DNA of 64,000 nucleotides from an uncultured delta proteobacterium (GTDB lineage Bacteria; Desulfobacterota; Desulfomonilia; UBA1062): NCBI GenBank assembly GCA_963785235.1, contig CAWAUM010000003.1, positions 192,001 to 256,000 of the forward strand, read 5' to 3'. Shown piece by piece: positions 39,782 to 52,264 of this stretch (position 1 is its first letter; each line of letters starts with the position of its first letter). The notes under the pieces were generated by a model. It saw only the letters and a program-made list of their open reading frames with translations, ran no database searches and was not told where the DNA came from. The position numbers and the translations under genes were made by a program.

Positions 39782-42700
39782 ATGAACAACACTTGCAGTA
39801 GGTCTCGTAGTGCGTCTTCGTGTGTCTTTAAGCCGGCGTCTCTTCTGTGCAGAGTACTTTTGTTCCTTATTCTGCTGAACCTTGCAGCCCTCCATCCCAC
39901 ATACAACGCCAACGCATGCCCACCGAACCCCAATGAGGATGTGGTTTTCGACAAGAACCTTCCCCTGGGCAGTGAGATCATGCTCGACAGTACGCTCTTT
40001 CATATCACGGGCAACCCCCTCTTTTACGAATGGTGTGGGCCTTTTTCCACAACAATTGAACCTGGCCCGCTCGTCTTCATGCCTGAAGGCACCCATGCCC
40101 TGTCACTGTTCACCTATGACGGCATACAGCACTTAGGCCCCTTCACCCTCTATTTCACTATTGATCCTGAGTATTCCATCCTGCCCATTGGCCTGAAAGG
40201 AAAAGCCCTTGTCACCTGGTTGCCGGTGGTAGATGCACAACAGTACCGCTTATACCGCGCAACTGAGACCGACCCTTCCCATTTTGAAAAGATCGCTCTT
40301 CTTCCATCGTCCGCTATTACCTATACCGACCCTAATCTCAAAGAGGCAACATATCTCTATGTCCTGGGAGCATTGGTGAACGATAAGTGGACATTTTCCC
40401 ATATTGCGAGCGCCCACCCGTTTGCCTGTCTCCCCAAGCTGAACTATCCTCCGGTCATCTACTCGAAGCCCATCATCCCGGCTACAGTGGGCGTTCCGTA
40501 TACCTACAATGTCCTGGCTACCGATCCGCTGCATGACATCCTCACCTACAGATTTCTCAGTGCCCCTTCTGGAATGACAATCGATCCTCACACCGGGCTC
40601 ATCGAGTGGACTCCTCCGGTCTTAGGTGATTACGAGGTCATTGTGAAGGTCAAGGATTTGAAAGGCATATACAAGCTCCAGACCTTCATTATAGAAGTGA
40701 ATGAGCTCCCGGCCTTCAACAGTCCGCCCGTTGCCCATGCCGGAGGACCGTATAAAGCTGATGTGGGCAAGGCAGTACTGTTTGACGGCTCTGCCTCCTA
40801 TGACCCGGACGGTGATGCCCTGCGGTATGCATGGACTTTCGGCGACGGCTCCAATGGAACCGATGCCTTTCCCAGCCATTCATATGCAACCCCCGGGACG
40901 TACCAGGTGACGCTCACGGTCACAGACAACAAGGGCAAAACGGCATCAGACTCCACAACAGCAACGGTGATACAATGCATCAAACCCACGGTACAGTTTT
41001 CAACCGATCCTTCGGCAATAAACCCGGGTGACCCATGTGCCCTGATCTGGACATCGCAGAATGCAACTTCAGTCAACATCGACCACGGTATCGGGGCAGT
41101 AGGACAATCGGGTACCATAATAGTGCACCCCCAGAACACCACCACCTACACCATTACGGCCACAGGCCCATGCGGAACCGCCTGCAAGTCTGTCACGGTC
41201 ATGGTGAACCAGCCGCCTGCTGTCAGCATAGCTACAATTCCCGGTTCCATCATGACAGGGCAGACATCACAGTTGTCCTGGACATCGACCAATGCCGTCA
41301 CTATCACTATTGATCAGGGAATAGGCCAGGTTATACCAAACGGATCCCTTTTCGTATCACCATCAAACACCACTACCTATACCATCACGGCCACCGGGCC
41401 GGGCGGCACGGCAACGGCATCAGCCACGGTCACTGTACTTGAGCCCCCCCACGCGAGCATATCGGCTCAACCACAGACCATTATCGAGGGTGAGACATCG
41501 ACACTCACCTGGTTATCCGACCACGCAGACTCGGCTTCTCTTGACAACGGCATAGGTACGATACCAGCAAACGGTTCGATGACAGTCTCGCCTGCCGACA
41601 CGACCACATACACCATAACTGTCCAGGGACCCTGCGGCACAGCCACGGCAAGTGCGAACGTTACCGTGATTCACAGACCGACCGTCACCATCGCGGCCTC
41701 GTCGAACCCAATCAATGCAGGCGATACTACAACCCTGAGCTGGACCACCACCAATGCCGATTCAGCCAGTATCGACCAGGGGATAGGTGATGTAGGTGTG
41801 AACGACTTTCTTGAAGTGGATCTTGATCATACCACGACCTTTACGATTACGGCCACCGGCCCCGGTGGTACGGCAACGGCAGGCGTTACCGTGGAGGTGC
41901 TTGCACCTCCGGCGCACAGGAAGGCATATGCCTACTTTACGAACAGGGACGACAACAATGTCTCGGTTGTAGACCTTGAGACGAATACCGTCATAACGCA
42001 CATCGAGGTGGGGTATGCCCCCTATGGTGTTGCTGTGAGCCCCGATGGTGACACAGTCTATGTCACGAGCAAAGAGAATGGAATATCCATGATCGATGCT
42101 GCGGCAAACACGCTCACCGGGAATATCCCTGTGTTTGTCGATACCCTCGCGGTGAGCCCTGACGGGAAAAAACTCTATGGGTTATCAAGGGATGAAGAAA
42201 CCCTCATGAGCATCGATATCGCCTCCGGGTCGATCCTGGATTCCGTCGAAGTGGGCCTCGCCCCTCATGGTATTGCAGTGAACAACGAAGGAACGCGCAT
42301 TTATGTGAGTTCTCTTGATGACGGCACTGTGCGGGTCATTGATGCTTTGAGCATGGGCGTAATCGCAACGGTGGTGGTCACCGAGCCGGGCGATTCGGTA
42401 TGGGATGTTGAGGTGAGCCCCTGCGGCTCAAAGGTATATGCCGTTTCAAGTGCATCGTGCAAGCTCACCGTAATCGATGGCCAAACCAATTCCATTATAG
42501 GGAGCCATTTCTATTTGCCGGAATTGTTCGTTTCCCCGTGTTATCTTGCAGTGAGTCCTGACGGGCAGAGGATTGCGTTAAGCGATGTAGCGCAATCGCC
42601 CAGGACGATCTATCTTATTGACAGCCAGTCACTGGAAGTCTTGAGCCAGTTCTATGCCCAGAGGCCTTCCGATCTGAGTTTCACTGCTGATGGGTCGTTC

Positions 42701-44596
42701 GTGTACTGTCCGGACGCCTCGATTAACGGGGTTTTCATTGTAAACCATTGGAATCAGCGGATCGAAGGCACCATTGAAGACGGGTTTACAAGCCCCAGCA
42801 CGTATGGTCATTTTATAGCAGAGCACAAGGAGAGGATATCGGGCCGGGTTGTATCGGAGGGTTCGGGTGTTGAAGGAATTGTTGTTTCTCTCTCGAATGA
42901 GAATATGACCAGATGTGTCTCCTCTGATTCCCAGGGACGATATTTTTTCTATGCCCCTGCGGGCCGGTACACCCTTTCCTGTTCCGACAGGGGATATGTC
43001 CTTTCAACCCAAAACCAGCCTGTTGATGTTACTGATATTGGGGTATCCATACCGGATATAGAGGTGCTGCTGGGCGTAAGGATATGGGCCGAGCCTCATG
43101 CGATCATCAATGGCGGGTCTGCCGCAGTGCATTGGAACTCGGTCAAGGCCATGGGCGTCACCATCGACAACGGCATCGGAACTGTCAGTGCAAGCGGATC
43201 TCTTGCCGTTTCACCGTCTGAGACCACGACATATTCAATAACAGCAGCCGACGCCCAGGGCAGGACAGTTACGGAACATGTGACCATAACAGTGTATCAG
43301 CACCCCACAGTAAGCATTACCGCTGATCCGCAGGCAATCTCCAAGGGTCAGGAGGTAGCTGTATCATGGACGAGCGCCTATGCTGACACCGTAATCTTGG
43401 ACCGGATGGGCAGCAATGTAGAGGCATCGGGTTCCTTCACCGATGCCCCCCGGGAGACCACCACCTACACTGTCACAGCTACAGGCCCTGGCGGCACCGC
43501 AACCGCATCCGTCACGGTAACGGTATATGAACCTCCCGACATAACCATTTCCGCAGACCCATCCACCATTTATGCAGGCAGGTCTTCAACCCTTACCTGG
43601 GATTCTTCCAATGCCGATCATGTGAGCATAGACAATGGAATTGGAGATGCAGGTCCCAGCGGCACACTGACAGTAAACCCCGCGCAGACAACAACCTACA
43701 CCATCACCGCCACCGGACCGGGCGGGACTATAACAGATTCTGCAATGGTAACCGTAAACAGGGTCATCAACCTTACTATCGAATCACCTGTAGCTGGCGC
43801 ACCTGTAGACAGGCCTGATATCATGGTGAGAGGAACCGTAACGAATGCATATGGCTATGAAACAGGCATAACCGTTAATGGGATGCCCGCTGTTGTTTAT
43901 GGAAACCGGTTCTTTGTGAACCACGTGCCGCTTACAGATGGGGAAAACACCATAACCGTGCATGCTGTGGATACTCAGGGTAATACGCTCGACAGAACCA
44001 TCGTTGTCACTGCAGATATCAACCAGCCGTATATCACGCTCTCACCGGTTGATTCGTTCGGAATAGCACCCTTTGACACAACCCTCCGGGTCGATGCCGC
44101 CTTTACGGCAGACAGCCTGTCCTTCTCGGATAACAGCCAGGGCCAGGTCCAGTATCTCACAGGGACTGATGCGAACGAGCGTACGGCCAGCATAGCAAGC
44201 CCCGGCGTCTACTACATAACGGTCCAGGCGATTTACAGCGGCTATGCCTTCACGGATACAATCGGCATGGTGGTGTATGACAGGGGTGTACTTGATGCCA
44301 TGCTCCGCCAGAAATGGGAAGCCATGCGCACCGCGCTTTTTAATAACGATATCGAGGCTGCAGTGAGGGACATATCCGGCAGCACACAGAACGCCTATCG
44401 GGATATCTTCGGTTCACTCACCCCAGAGCACCGCGCCAACCTGTCAGCCGAGCTGGGGGATATCCAGCTCATCAAGATGCGCGGCGCCGGAGTCGAATAT
44501 GATATCCAGACTCTCCGGAACGGGGTCCGCAATTCCTTCTTCCTCCTCTTCGAGGTGGACGATAGAGATGGCAGGTGGAAGATCGCCAACTTCTAA
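39782..44596 (+). CDS. Giant secreted multidomain protein: FnIII-like, He_PIG/cadherin-like, PKD, seven Ig-like repeats, YVTN beta-propeller, carboxypeptidase-regulatory-like, glucodextranase-B-like and C-terminal alpha/beta domains
   Basis: GAGGAGG RBS and signal peptide. [38 protein letters not shown](Y/F)T.TA.GP.GT repeats, AVSPDG blades; ends WEAMRTAL...DGRWKIANF. Confidence 0.9.
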   Translation: MNNTCSRSRSASSCVFKPASLLCRVLLFLILLNLAALHPTYNANACPPNPNEDVVFDKNLPLGSEIMLDSTLFHITGNPLFYEWCGPFSTTIEPGPLVFMPEGTHALSLFTYDGIQHLGPFTLYFTIDPEYSILPIGLKGKALVTWLPVVDAQQYRLYRATETDPSHFEKIALLPSSAITYTDPNLKEATYLYVLGALVNDKWTFSHIASAHPFACLPKLNYPPVIYSKPIIPATVGVPYTYNVLATDPLHDILTYRFLSAPSGMTIDPHTGLIEWTPPVLGDYEVIVKVKDLKGIYKLQTFIIEVNELPAFNSPPVAHAGGPYKADVGKAVLFDGSASYDPDGDALRYAWTFGDGSNGTDAFPSHSYATPGTYQVTLTVTDNKGKTASDSTTATVIQCIKPTVQFSTDPSAINPGDPCALIWTSQNATSVNIDHGIGAVGQSGTIIVHPQNTTTYTITATGPCGTACKSVTVMVNQPPAVSIATIPGSIMTGQTSQLSWTSTNAVTITIDQGIGQVIPNGSLFVSPSNTTTYTITATGPGGTATASATVTVLEPPHASISAQPQTIIEGETSTLTWLSDHADSASLDNGIGTIPANGSMTVSPADTTTYTITVQGPCGTATASANVTVIHRPTVTIAASSNPINAGDTTTLSWTTTNADSASIDQGIGDVGVNDFLEVDLDHTTTFTITATGPGGTATAGVTVEVLAPPAHRKAYAYFTNRDDNNVSVVDLETNTVITHIEVGYAPYGVAVSPDGDTVYVTSKENGISMIDAAANTLTGNIPVFVDTLAVSPDGKKLYGLSRDEETLMSIDIASGSILDSVEVGLAPHGIAVNNEGTRIYVSSLDDGTVRVIDALSMGVIATVVVTEPGDSVWDVEVSPCGSKVYAVSSASCKLTVIDGQTNSIIGSHFYLPELFVSPCYLAVSPDGQRIALSDVAQSPRTIYLIDSQSLEVLSQFYAQRPSDLSFTADGSFVYCPDASINGVFIVNHWNQRIEGTIEDGFTSPSTYGHFIAEHKERISGRVVSEGSGVEGIVVSLSNENMTRCVSSDSQGRYFFYAPAGRYTLSCSDRGYVLSTQNQPVDVTDIGVSIPDIEVLLGVRIWAEPHAIINGGSAAVHWNSVKAMGVTIDNGIGTVSASGSLAVSPSETTTYSITAADAQGRTVTEHVTITVYQHPTVSITADPQAISKGQEVAVSWTSAYADTVILDRMGSNVEASGSFTDAPRETTTYTVTATGPGGTATASVTVTVYEPPDITISADPSTIYAGRSSTLTWDSSNADHVSIDNGIGDAGPSGTLTVNPAQTTTYTITATGPGGTITDSAMVTVNRVINLTIESPVAGAPVDRPDIMVRGTVTNAYGYETGITVNGMPAVVYGNRFFVNHVPLTDGENTITVHAVDTQGNTLDRTIVVTADINQPYITLSPVDSFGIAPFDTTLRVDAAFTADSLSFSDNSQGQVQYLTGTDANERTASIASPGVYYITVQAIYSGYAFTDTIGMVVYDRGVLDAMLRQKWEAMRTALFNNDIEAAVRDISGSTQNAYRDIFGSLTPEHRANLSAELGDIQLIKMRGAGVEYDIQTLRNGVRNSFFLLFEVDDRDGRWKIANF

Positions 44597-44613
44597 GAAA
44601 GGAGAACGTACGA

Positions 44614-45355
44614 ATGAAGATCATCAAGGGATGTAACACATTGATAGTGGCCTTGGCCTTTGTCCCTGCAGTGCTTTTCGGATTCGATCTGCCCGGGTAT
44701 GCGACGTTTCATGGCAAGATTATCGACGCAGACACGCTCAAGCCAATCGAGGGTGCCGTGGTGTGGGCCATATGGAATACGTGCCGTCCGGGGATAGGGA
44801 GCGGACCATCTTGTAATACAGGTATGGTAAAAGAAGTCCTTACGGATACCAACGGCGAGTGGCAAATTACCGGTCCGATAGGGAATGATGACCCTGGTTT
44901 TATTCGTTCGATTCTAGGCATCCTTGTTCCCTGGAATGGGTCTCCTCGAAATCAGATATTACAAACCCGGGTATTTTCCGATATTTTATGAGGCGCCAGG
45001 TATATGCGGTTTCTATGCATAGCGTATGTGGATAAGGCCAAGAATATTGAGGGTATTATTCTAAATCGGATAGACAGCAAGGAAGAGTGGAATATCAGAA
45101 ATAAGAGGATGGCTTGCTTACGCTTATCCCGGTCAAGGACCCGGAACGCAAGCTACATGAACTCGATTTTGATTTCAAATACCCCACAGTATGTCAAACG
45201 GGTACGCGATCGTATTGATAAAACATCTGTATAAAGTCATTGGCCTCAAGCAAGCTGTAACGCCGGAAGAGAAACGAGAGGCGAGAGGATTAGGTATCAA
45301 TGTTATCTATCCTGATGCAGATCAACCTTTATTAAGGAAAGCCCTTAAATATTAA
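44614..45355 (+). CDS. Exported protein with carboxypeptidase-regulatory-like (transthyretin-like) N-domain; several apparent indels
   Basis: AGGAG RBS, signal peptide, FHGKIIDADTLKPIEGAVV..W, EVLTDTNGEW, YKPGY; tail GLKQAVTPEEKR..QPLLRKALKY*. Confidence 0.7.
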
Positions 45356-45409
45356 GATGATAACATGTGAAATGTGAGTGATATTGCAGATAGAGGAGGA
45401 GAACCGATA

Positions 45410-47667
45410 ATGTCCAGAAAAATTGCTAAGTATCATGTGCGTGGTCAGTCTTTTTGTTCTTATTGCTCCCAATATGGAATGCTGGGGTTATGAATAAGAA
45501 GAACATAAAGCAATTGATGATTGGATACTGGAGCATTCTGTTGGCGGGTTTGATTTCGATCAATATGTGCGAAACAATCTGGGTATAGATGGTGGGATGA
45601 AGGATAAAAGCCTGCCACGTGTAAAACACATCTCTTGGTTGACATTCATGGATTATAAATCTCCGCAAGAACTGATTGATCAGGGAGGGATGGAAGAGGA
45701 CAGCCCTGTTTGGCGTTGTGTAAATCACTTTCATGATCCTTTGAAGCCTTGGGATCAGGCTGCCTTGGATACGACTATAGCTGGTATTTCCAATGCTGAA
45801 TCATCCGTACTCTGGGCACAGAAGAATTTGGGCGAACAGTCCTGGTGGTACGGAGGCAATTACAGCTGGTATGATGCGCGGGATTACTTCCATAAGGCCC
45901 TCACCGGGACCGATGCGGATCAACGGAGCAGTGATCTATATTCCACCTTCCTGGCTGTTGGCCACCTCATGCACCTGATCCAGGACATCTCCTGCCCCGA
46001 ACATGTGCGGAATGATTCACATGGGGTCAATACAAGTGTGTATGAACAATTGCTGACACAATATCGTAGTGGAAAAGTCGATGGTAAAGAGCGGTTTTTT
46101 CCAAGATTTGCTGCAAAGAGGTCAGACCCACGACTACCCCTTCTTCAACGCACTCTCCCCTGCATCAATACTTAGCCTCGACACCCTTCCTGCAAATGCG
46201 CGGATTCCCATTGCCAGGATGGTGGATACGGACCGGTATACAGGCAGCAATCCTAATGTCACCCTGGATCCGTTGATCGGCCTGGCGGAATATACCAATG
46301 CGAACTTTCTCAGCCAGGGCAGGATCTTCGAAGGGTACGACTATCCCAGCGAATACACCAGTGTGACGAAAGAGCAGTACGTTCTGGCGGATCCAAGGAA
46401 CAACGGTGCAACTATAGAAAGAGAGTATCTGAAGAAGACCGGAGACGGTGCCACTGGATACAGGCTCTGTACGACATCGATTACCGGGGCATATCAACTT
46501 GATTTCACCGATCCGATAAAAATCTATAGGGTGAGTGGCCTTGATGACAATGTATTGGAAGACTATGCGGCGCAACTGGTGCCTCGTGGAGAAGCCTATT
46601 CCGCAGCGCTGCTCAGATATTTCTTCCGGGGCACCATGGAGATATCGCTGCCCGATGACGGTGTCTTTGCCTTCAGGGGTACCGAACCTGCCGACCCCAC
46701 AACCCAGGGTTTCAACAATGTGCGGTTGCTCGTTAAAAATACAGCAACCACCGGTGAGTTAATGCTGGGTGGCAATATCGATCTGGTCGTCCAGTACAGG
46801 TTCCTGACGGATAGAGATAACGCCGCCGATCCTGCATCGTGCGCAAAGGACCCGTTCAAAAGCGAGACCTATGGCGATCTTTCTCATTTTTATCACTCCA
46901 AGCCTCTGTACATCAAAAAACGTTATACAGAAAATACGAATGGTGAAATAATCAAACCCGGCATTCCGACCCTCCTGACGTTTGACCTCAGCGATGAGGA
47001 GATCCCCCTTTGGGCCGTGGATGTGAGATTCTATGTCGTATACAGAGGAAATCTTGGCAAAGTAGGAGAATATGTTGAACAAGACGCCGTGTGCGTAGGA
47101 TATAAAGACGTCTGCGAGCCTACACCGATTGGTTTCGCCAACAGCCTTGACATATTCTGTTATGATACTTCATGGTGGTATGATCTCAATAACGATGCAC
47201 AACTGAAAACACTCAGAGATACCTATAACAACAATCCCTGCATACAATCTATGGCTGTGGTTGATATGCTGAATCTGGATATCAGATTCTCACCAAAAGG
47301 AGTGACCCCTGCTGCAACGCCATTTTGTTCAATCAGTACAATCGGACCAGGTCAATATAAGAGGATGTACCTGATTACCGATTACGACGCTGCACTCTAT
47401 TATCACTCCAACTCATATGCTCAGAGTGACCATACTGTGCCTAATATTGGGCTGAGAAACGGCTTTGTGAACATAACCGATCAACTCACGTGGCATTTTG
47501 AGGCTCCCGGAAAGTACAGGGGGATCGATCTCGGGAGAGGGAGTTATCTGGTACATTCTTGCGCGAGCTGTCTCGAAGGTGATAACTGCACGGAATGCGA
47601 TGATGATGCAATCCCTGAAAACAAAAATCTTGTGCCTGCACCTGTGGATATCATTTTGACCCCTTAA
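45410..47667 (+). CDS. Secreted Zn-dependent phospholipase C / S1-P1 nuclease-fold protein with long C-terminal region; apparent indels
   Basis: GAGGAGG RBS, signal peptide and early EEHKAI, then NHFHDP and GHLMHLIQDISCPEHVRND (HxxxD..H Zn ligands). Continues in ORF 46069..47667 (GLAEYTNANFLS, YSAALLRYFFRG). Confidence 0.7.
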
Positions 47668-47860
47668 GAATCTCAAGAAGAAAAGTATGTATAAATATAA
47701 GGCGTGAAATAATATAATGAATAAGGAGGTTCTTCGCATATACGATCATCTATAGCCCATCTGCTGTATTGCATTGAAACGGATGGGTTATATCAGTAAT
47801 CGTGACCCGCGATGACGACCCGGCTTCAAAGACTGGAGGTTGACAACTATCGGAGGGAGG

Positions 47861-47921
47861 CAGGTCTTGTTTCTTGCTTATTGAGACATGCACGGTTTAT
47901 AAAAACAATAAGCAAGGCCTG
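47861..47921. repeat. Palindromic dispersed repeat (REPIN-like), copy A
   Basis: CTTGCTTATTG (47873) / CAATAAGCAAG (47906) perfect stem; aligns along its length with 50753-50815. Confidence 0.75.
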
Positions 47922-48158
47922 TACACAGCTCCGCTCTGGTAGGGGCAGAGCAGAAGTGGGCGCAGTCCAGGAGATGTACGGAAATAGGCTGTGAAGACCG
48001 GATCACCGACAGGCCCGGCATGTTCTTCCATCGGGCTGTCGGGTTCACTGAGCCAGAGCGACATGTGGTGCTCCTGAAAAAAATAGAACGACAGCCGGCC
48101 GGATTATCCACCTTACAGCCACTGTGATATCCGCCGCCGGAAAAGGAGTGACGGCAGC

Positions 48159-49064
48159 ATGGAGAACGTCTGGATTGCCATGGGTCTTACCGTGTTTGCG
48201 GGCATGGCTACCGGTATCGGCAGCATCATTGCGTTTATGGCCAGGAGGACCAACTACCGCTTTCTATCGGTGGCAACAGGCTTCTCGGCAGGCGTAATGC
48301 TCTACGTTTCGTTTGTGGAGATTTTTTTCAAGGGCTTGGCCTCTCTGACTGAACAGTATGGTGATTACTTGGGTCACTGGGTCAATGCGGCATCGTTCTT
48401 CGGCGGCATGCTGGTGATCGGCATCATCGACAACCTAATCCCTGCATCAGATAACCCCCACGAGATCCGCGCCGAAGACGAGACCATGCCACTGCACAAT
48501 GCATCGGCTCCGCTGCCGTCCTTTGAACCGGCGACCGCGGGAATTGCGGCTCCATCGGCAGAGGGCATCCATACTCATGGAGGCCATGACCGGAAACTCA
48601 TGCGGATGGGCTTGTTCACGGCGCTCGCAATAGGCATCCACAATTTTCCGGAGGGTCTGGCAACGTTCCTGGCCGCACTGCAGGATCCAGGCCTCGGTGT
48701 TGCCATTGCCGTGGCGGTTGCATTGCACAACATCCCAGAAGGAATCAGCGTTTCCGTACCGATCTTCTATGCCACAGGAAACCGCAGGAAGGCCTTCGTG
48801 TATTCCCTGCTCAGCGGCTTGGCAGAACCCGTGGGTGCCGGAATCGCCTATCTGGCGCTCCGCTTCTTCGTGGGCGGCGATAACGGGTTGTTTCCGCCCC
48901 AGGTGATAGGAATACTCTTCGGCTGCGTAGCAGGCATAATGGTATATATCAGTCTGGATGAACTGCTTCCCACAAGCAGGGCCTATGGCAAGGGACATGA
49001 CAGCCTTCTCGGGCTGGTCGCGGGAATGCTGGTCATGGCCTTGAGCCTGCTGTTGATGAAATAG
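48159..49064 (+). CDS. zupT: ZIP family zinc transporter ZupT
   Basis: [27 protein letters not shown] and SLDELLP motifs. Confidence 0.93.
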   Translation: MENVWIAMGLTVFAGMATGIGSIIAFMARRTNYRFLSVATGFSAGVMLYVSFVEIFFKGLASLTEQYGDYLGHWVNAASFFGGMLVIGIIDNLIPASDNPHEIRAEDETMPLHNASAPLPSFEPATAGIAAPSAEGIHTHGGHDRKLMRMGLFTALAIGIHNFPEGLATFLAALQDPGLGVAIAVAVALHNIPEGISVSVPIFYATGNRRKAFVYSLLSGLAEPVGAGIAYLALRFFVGGDNGLFPPQVIGILFGCVAGIMVYISLDELLPTSRAYGKGHDSLLGLVAGMLVMALSLLLMK

Positions 49065-49406
49065 CCTCTGTGAGGCTGTGCAACAGGAAAGACACGACCG
49101 CACTCAAGCCGTCGCATTAATGCATTCGTAAACCCTGTTCCACGCTTGCCTTTAAAAAAGATACTCGCCGTCCTTCCAACACATTGACCAACGCAACAGA
49201 AATATAATACGGCACTTTATTTTTTTTCATGATTCTTATCGGTCGGGATATTCATTCGATACAGGAAAGAAAAACCCGATTATCACAAAACATCTTGTGC
49301 CCCCTTGCATTGATATTTTCTCTGATTATTAGATAAGAGATATTCATCATGATATGGACTCCAAGGGACTTCACTCGAGACAAGAAAATGAAAGGAGGAC
49401 TGAAGA

Positions 49407-49955
49407 ATGAATACCCTAAATGTAAAGACGTCACTTGTTATAGCGCTGGTTGCAGGGATCCTTTTCGCAGGGGGCGCCTTCAGCCCTTCAGATGCAATGC
49501 CGGTCGAAGACACCGGGCAGGCTGCATTCAGGGCAATATACGACTTCGGCGCCGGTGTGGGTAATGAAACGGTGGAGCTCTCTTTATTCTCTTCCTTTCA
49601 AGGGCTTTATTATAGATACGGGACTGAAGTGTGGACAGAGGTTGCCTTATCAGGAGATCCAGGTTTTTACTCCGGCGAATTTTCTGTTCCCACGGGAAAT
49701 GACTTCAGCGAAGTCGTCTTTTTGAAAACAAACATCAACAACCTCCCGGCAATGATGATGTTCGAAGGTCCTGATGACCCCTTCTGGAATAGCCTGGTTG
49801 TTGATTTTGACCCAAGCGACACCCTGGAAGGTCTTGTATTAATAACACCCAGCGAGGGGGACCATGTGGCACCAGTCCCCATTCCTGCCTCTGTCTGGAT
49901 CTTGGGTTCGGGCCTGCTGGGATTAATAGGCCTCCGCAGGAGGTTTACACAGTAA
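49407..49955 (+). CDS. PEP-CTERM/VPLPA-CTERM exosortase-target protein
   Basis: Signal peptide; C-terminal PVPIPASVWILGSGLLGLIGLRRRFTQ. Confidence 0.88.
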   Translation: MNTLNVKTSLVIALVAGILFAGGAFSPSDAMPVEDTGQAAFRAIYDFGAGVGNETVELSLFSSFQGLYYRYGTEVWTEVALSGDPGFYSGEFSVPTGNDFSEVVFLKTNINNLPAMMMFEGPDDPFWNSLVVDFDPSDTLEGLVLITPSEGDHVAPVPIPASVWILGSGLLGLIGLRRRFTQ

Positions 49956-49962
49956 CTTGAGT

Positions 49963-50002
49963 ATTCAGGTTTGGTTTCTCTCAAACCCAACCTGAATCTT
50001 TT
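49963..50002 (+). terminator. Intrinsic terminator
   Basis: ATTCAGGTTTGGTTT..AAACCCAACCTGAAT stem followed by CTTTT. Confidence 0.6.
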
Positions 50003-50144
50003 CAAATAAAACTCGCTCAACAGGTTCCGGCCTGGTGATTGAAAAATCTTCACAGGCCACCCACCGTGGTGGCTATGTCCCTTGCCTTCTGAAACTATCT
50101 TCCTAATATAACGTTAACGAGCACATCAAGAGAGGAGATCAAGC

Positions 50145-50381
50145 ATGACAAAATCGACAAAACTGGCGCTCTTCGGACATGGGAAATGCGGTTCTAAGTT
50201 CTTTACGTACCTGAACGACGATAAAATGTTCCAGTATAAAGGCACGTGTCCTAATCCCAGCTGCAATCATTATGTAGAGCTCTTACCCGAAGAACTCTAT
50301 ACTTCTACCGACAAGGCACGCCGGGATTACATCAAGAAAAAGTCTAACGGCGGGCGCGATGATATTTTCTGGCATATGTGA
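50145..50381 (+). CDS. Small hypothetical protein with His/Cys zinc-ribbon-like pattern
   Basis: GAGGAG RBS; HGKCG...CPNPSC. Confidence 0.6.
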   Translation: MTKSTKLALFGHGKCGSKFFTYLNDDKMFQYKGTCPNPSCNHYVELLPEELYTSTDKARRDYIKKKSNGGRDDIFWHM

Positions 50382-50412
50382 AGGAGCAATCAAATGGAAC
50401 GGATGAATTACG

Positions 50413-50460
50413 GACGGGTTCATATTGCAAAAGCCAGGGTAATTTTAATGTGAACCCGTC
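50413..50460. repeat. GACGGGTTCA(C/T)ATT inverted-repeat element
   Basis: GACGGGTTCATATT...AATGTGAACCCGTC hairpin; matches 37079-37094. Confidence 0.8.
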
Positions 50461-50513
50461 AGCGATTTCTCACCTATCCTAAAAAGTTGCCCGGTTCTGC
50501 AGGAGGTAATTAC

Positions 50514-50678
50514 ATGACCTTGATCATTTATCTCATCGGTTTTGCTTTTGTTATTGCGGGCATTGCGTGGGCACTTATTGTCGCAAAAGTGAGCATCGTT
50601 TATGTGATGATCGCTGTTGTCATACTTATCGGCGTCGGTATCTTGTCCGGCGTGACCCGTACCCGCACGAAAGACTGA
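50514..50678 (+). CDS. Small two-TM membrane protein
   Basis: AGGAGG RBS; MTLIIYLIGF..GILSGVTRTRTKD. Confidence 0.7.
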   Translation: MTLIIYLIGFAFVIAGIAWALIVAKVSIVYVMIAVVILIGVGILSGVTRTRTKD

Positions 50679-50740
50679 TCCGATATCATCGCCCCCCCTT
50701 TACAAAAGGTTTATTCTGATGACAACCAAACTCTTCTGGT

Positions 50741-50815
50741 GGATAATGTGGTCAGGTCTTGCTCTTGCTTATTGGGGCATAGAGAGTTTATAAAATCAAT
50801 ATAAGCAAGCCCCAG
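50741..50815. repeat. Palindromic dispersed repeat (REPIN-like), copy B
   Basis: GGATAATGTGGTCAGG matches GGATAATGGGGTCAGG at 31167; the body aligns with 47861-47921. Confidence 0.75.
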
Positions 50816-50960
50816 GATCTTGTCGGGCTCTTACGCTCTGCAACTCAGCCGCTTTATTGACTTGACAAAGGGGTCACCTTATACCAAGCGTCCTTGTGTA
50901 GTTCTTTATCATGCAATCAGTTATATAAATTGAAGTATAGCCATACCCGAGAGGCATTTG

Positions 50961-52228
50961 ATGGAACAATCACAACGGGATCAATACGTAGAACTGAGCA
51001 AATTCGACAGGCTTATCACGAATCTCGCCATAAGCATGTTGGCAACAATCATCAACACTATCATCGTAACGGCGGTCCTGTGGAATGTCATCTCCCGTGG
51101 AAAACTGATCGCATGGTGTTCGGTCAATGTCTGCTATACCCTCAGTCGATACATCATCATTTACTATTATAAACGGCGTTTCAACAAGGCGCACCTTCCG
51201 GCATGGAAAATAGGCACGCTGGTTTCCTTCGCTATAGCCGGCATATTGTTTGGATCATCGGGAATATTTCTGACGGATCCATCCCAATTCGAATACGCCA
51301 TCTTCCTGTATTTCATCGCGGGCGGCATGGCAGTGGGCAGTGCCGGTTCCTACCACAACGATCTGCCGATCTATTTCGTCTATTCCAGTACGGTATTCTT
51401 GATTCCTACAGCGGGCATGTACCTTTTGAACATGGGAATTTCCTCACCCATGGTTGTCCTGGGCATGATTTTCTATGTCCTGGTTTCCGTTATGGCAATC
51501 CGGTTAAGCAACGACCTGCAGGAATCACTGCTCCTGCGTTACGACAACAATCAGCTTGTCCGCAGTCTGGAAGAAGAGAAAACACATACCGAACGGCTCA
51601 ATGCCCAACTCGTGGAAAAAAATTGGGCACTGACCGAGCTTTCCCTCGTGGATCCTCTGACCTCACTGAGAAACAGGCGTTATCTGTTTGACATAGTCAC
51701 GCCGGAAATCGAGGCGTTCGACAGGAATTACCGGCGGGAAATAAGCGGCCACAACAACAGAACCATGGATGCCCAGAAAGGCTACGGGGTCTTTATCGTT
51801 GATATAGATCATTTCAAGCAGGTAAACGACAATTACGGCCACGAGTCCGGAGACATGGTACTCGTTCAGTTTGCCAACAAGCTCAAGGAATCGGTCAGGA
51901 GAGATGACGTTGTCAGTCGCTTCGGCGGGGAAGAATTCATAGTCGTATTGAAAAAGTCGATGAAATCAATGCGGCCGGTATGGCCAAAAAGCTGCATGAC
52001 CACATACAAACCTCGACGTTTTCGGTAATAGACAACAGGCCCATCAGTCTGACCTGTTCCATCGGTTTTGTATTCTATCCGTTCCGTGAATGTGACGACC
52101 CGGGCATCACCTTTGAGAAATTGATTTCAATCGCCGACAGTGCCCTGTATTACGCCAAGTCTCATGGTAGGAATGCATCGGTAAAGGCGGTTGTCCATGG
52201 GCAAGGGTTAGACTTCACGCTGTTGTAG
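50961..52228 (+). CDS. Membrane diguanylate cyclase (GGDEF); indel near 51960
   Basis: Multiple TM helices, DPLT.LRNRR, DIDHFKQVND, RRDD I-site and RFGGEEF; tail ADSALYYAKSHGRN in the next frame. Confidence 0.9.
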
Positions 52229-52264
52229 TCCTCAAAAGAAGTCAGGTGCCGGGTCTAAAAATGT

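Noticed and set aside
39782-47667. Interpreting the module as Rhs/CDI/T6SS or a phage tail
   Set aside because: No YD repeats, PxxxxDPxG, VENN, PAAR/VgrG or phage structural genes; all three proteins carry Sec-type signal peptides.
47990-48050. Hairpin CCGACAGGCCCG/CGGGCTGTCGG upstream of zupT as a metal riboswitch
   Set aside because: A single imperfect stem with no match to a motif I recognise.
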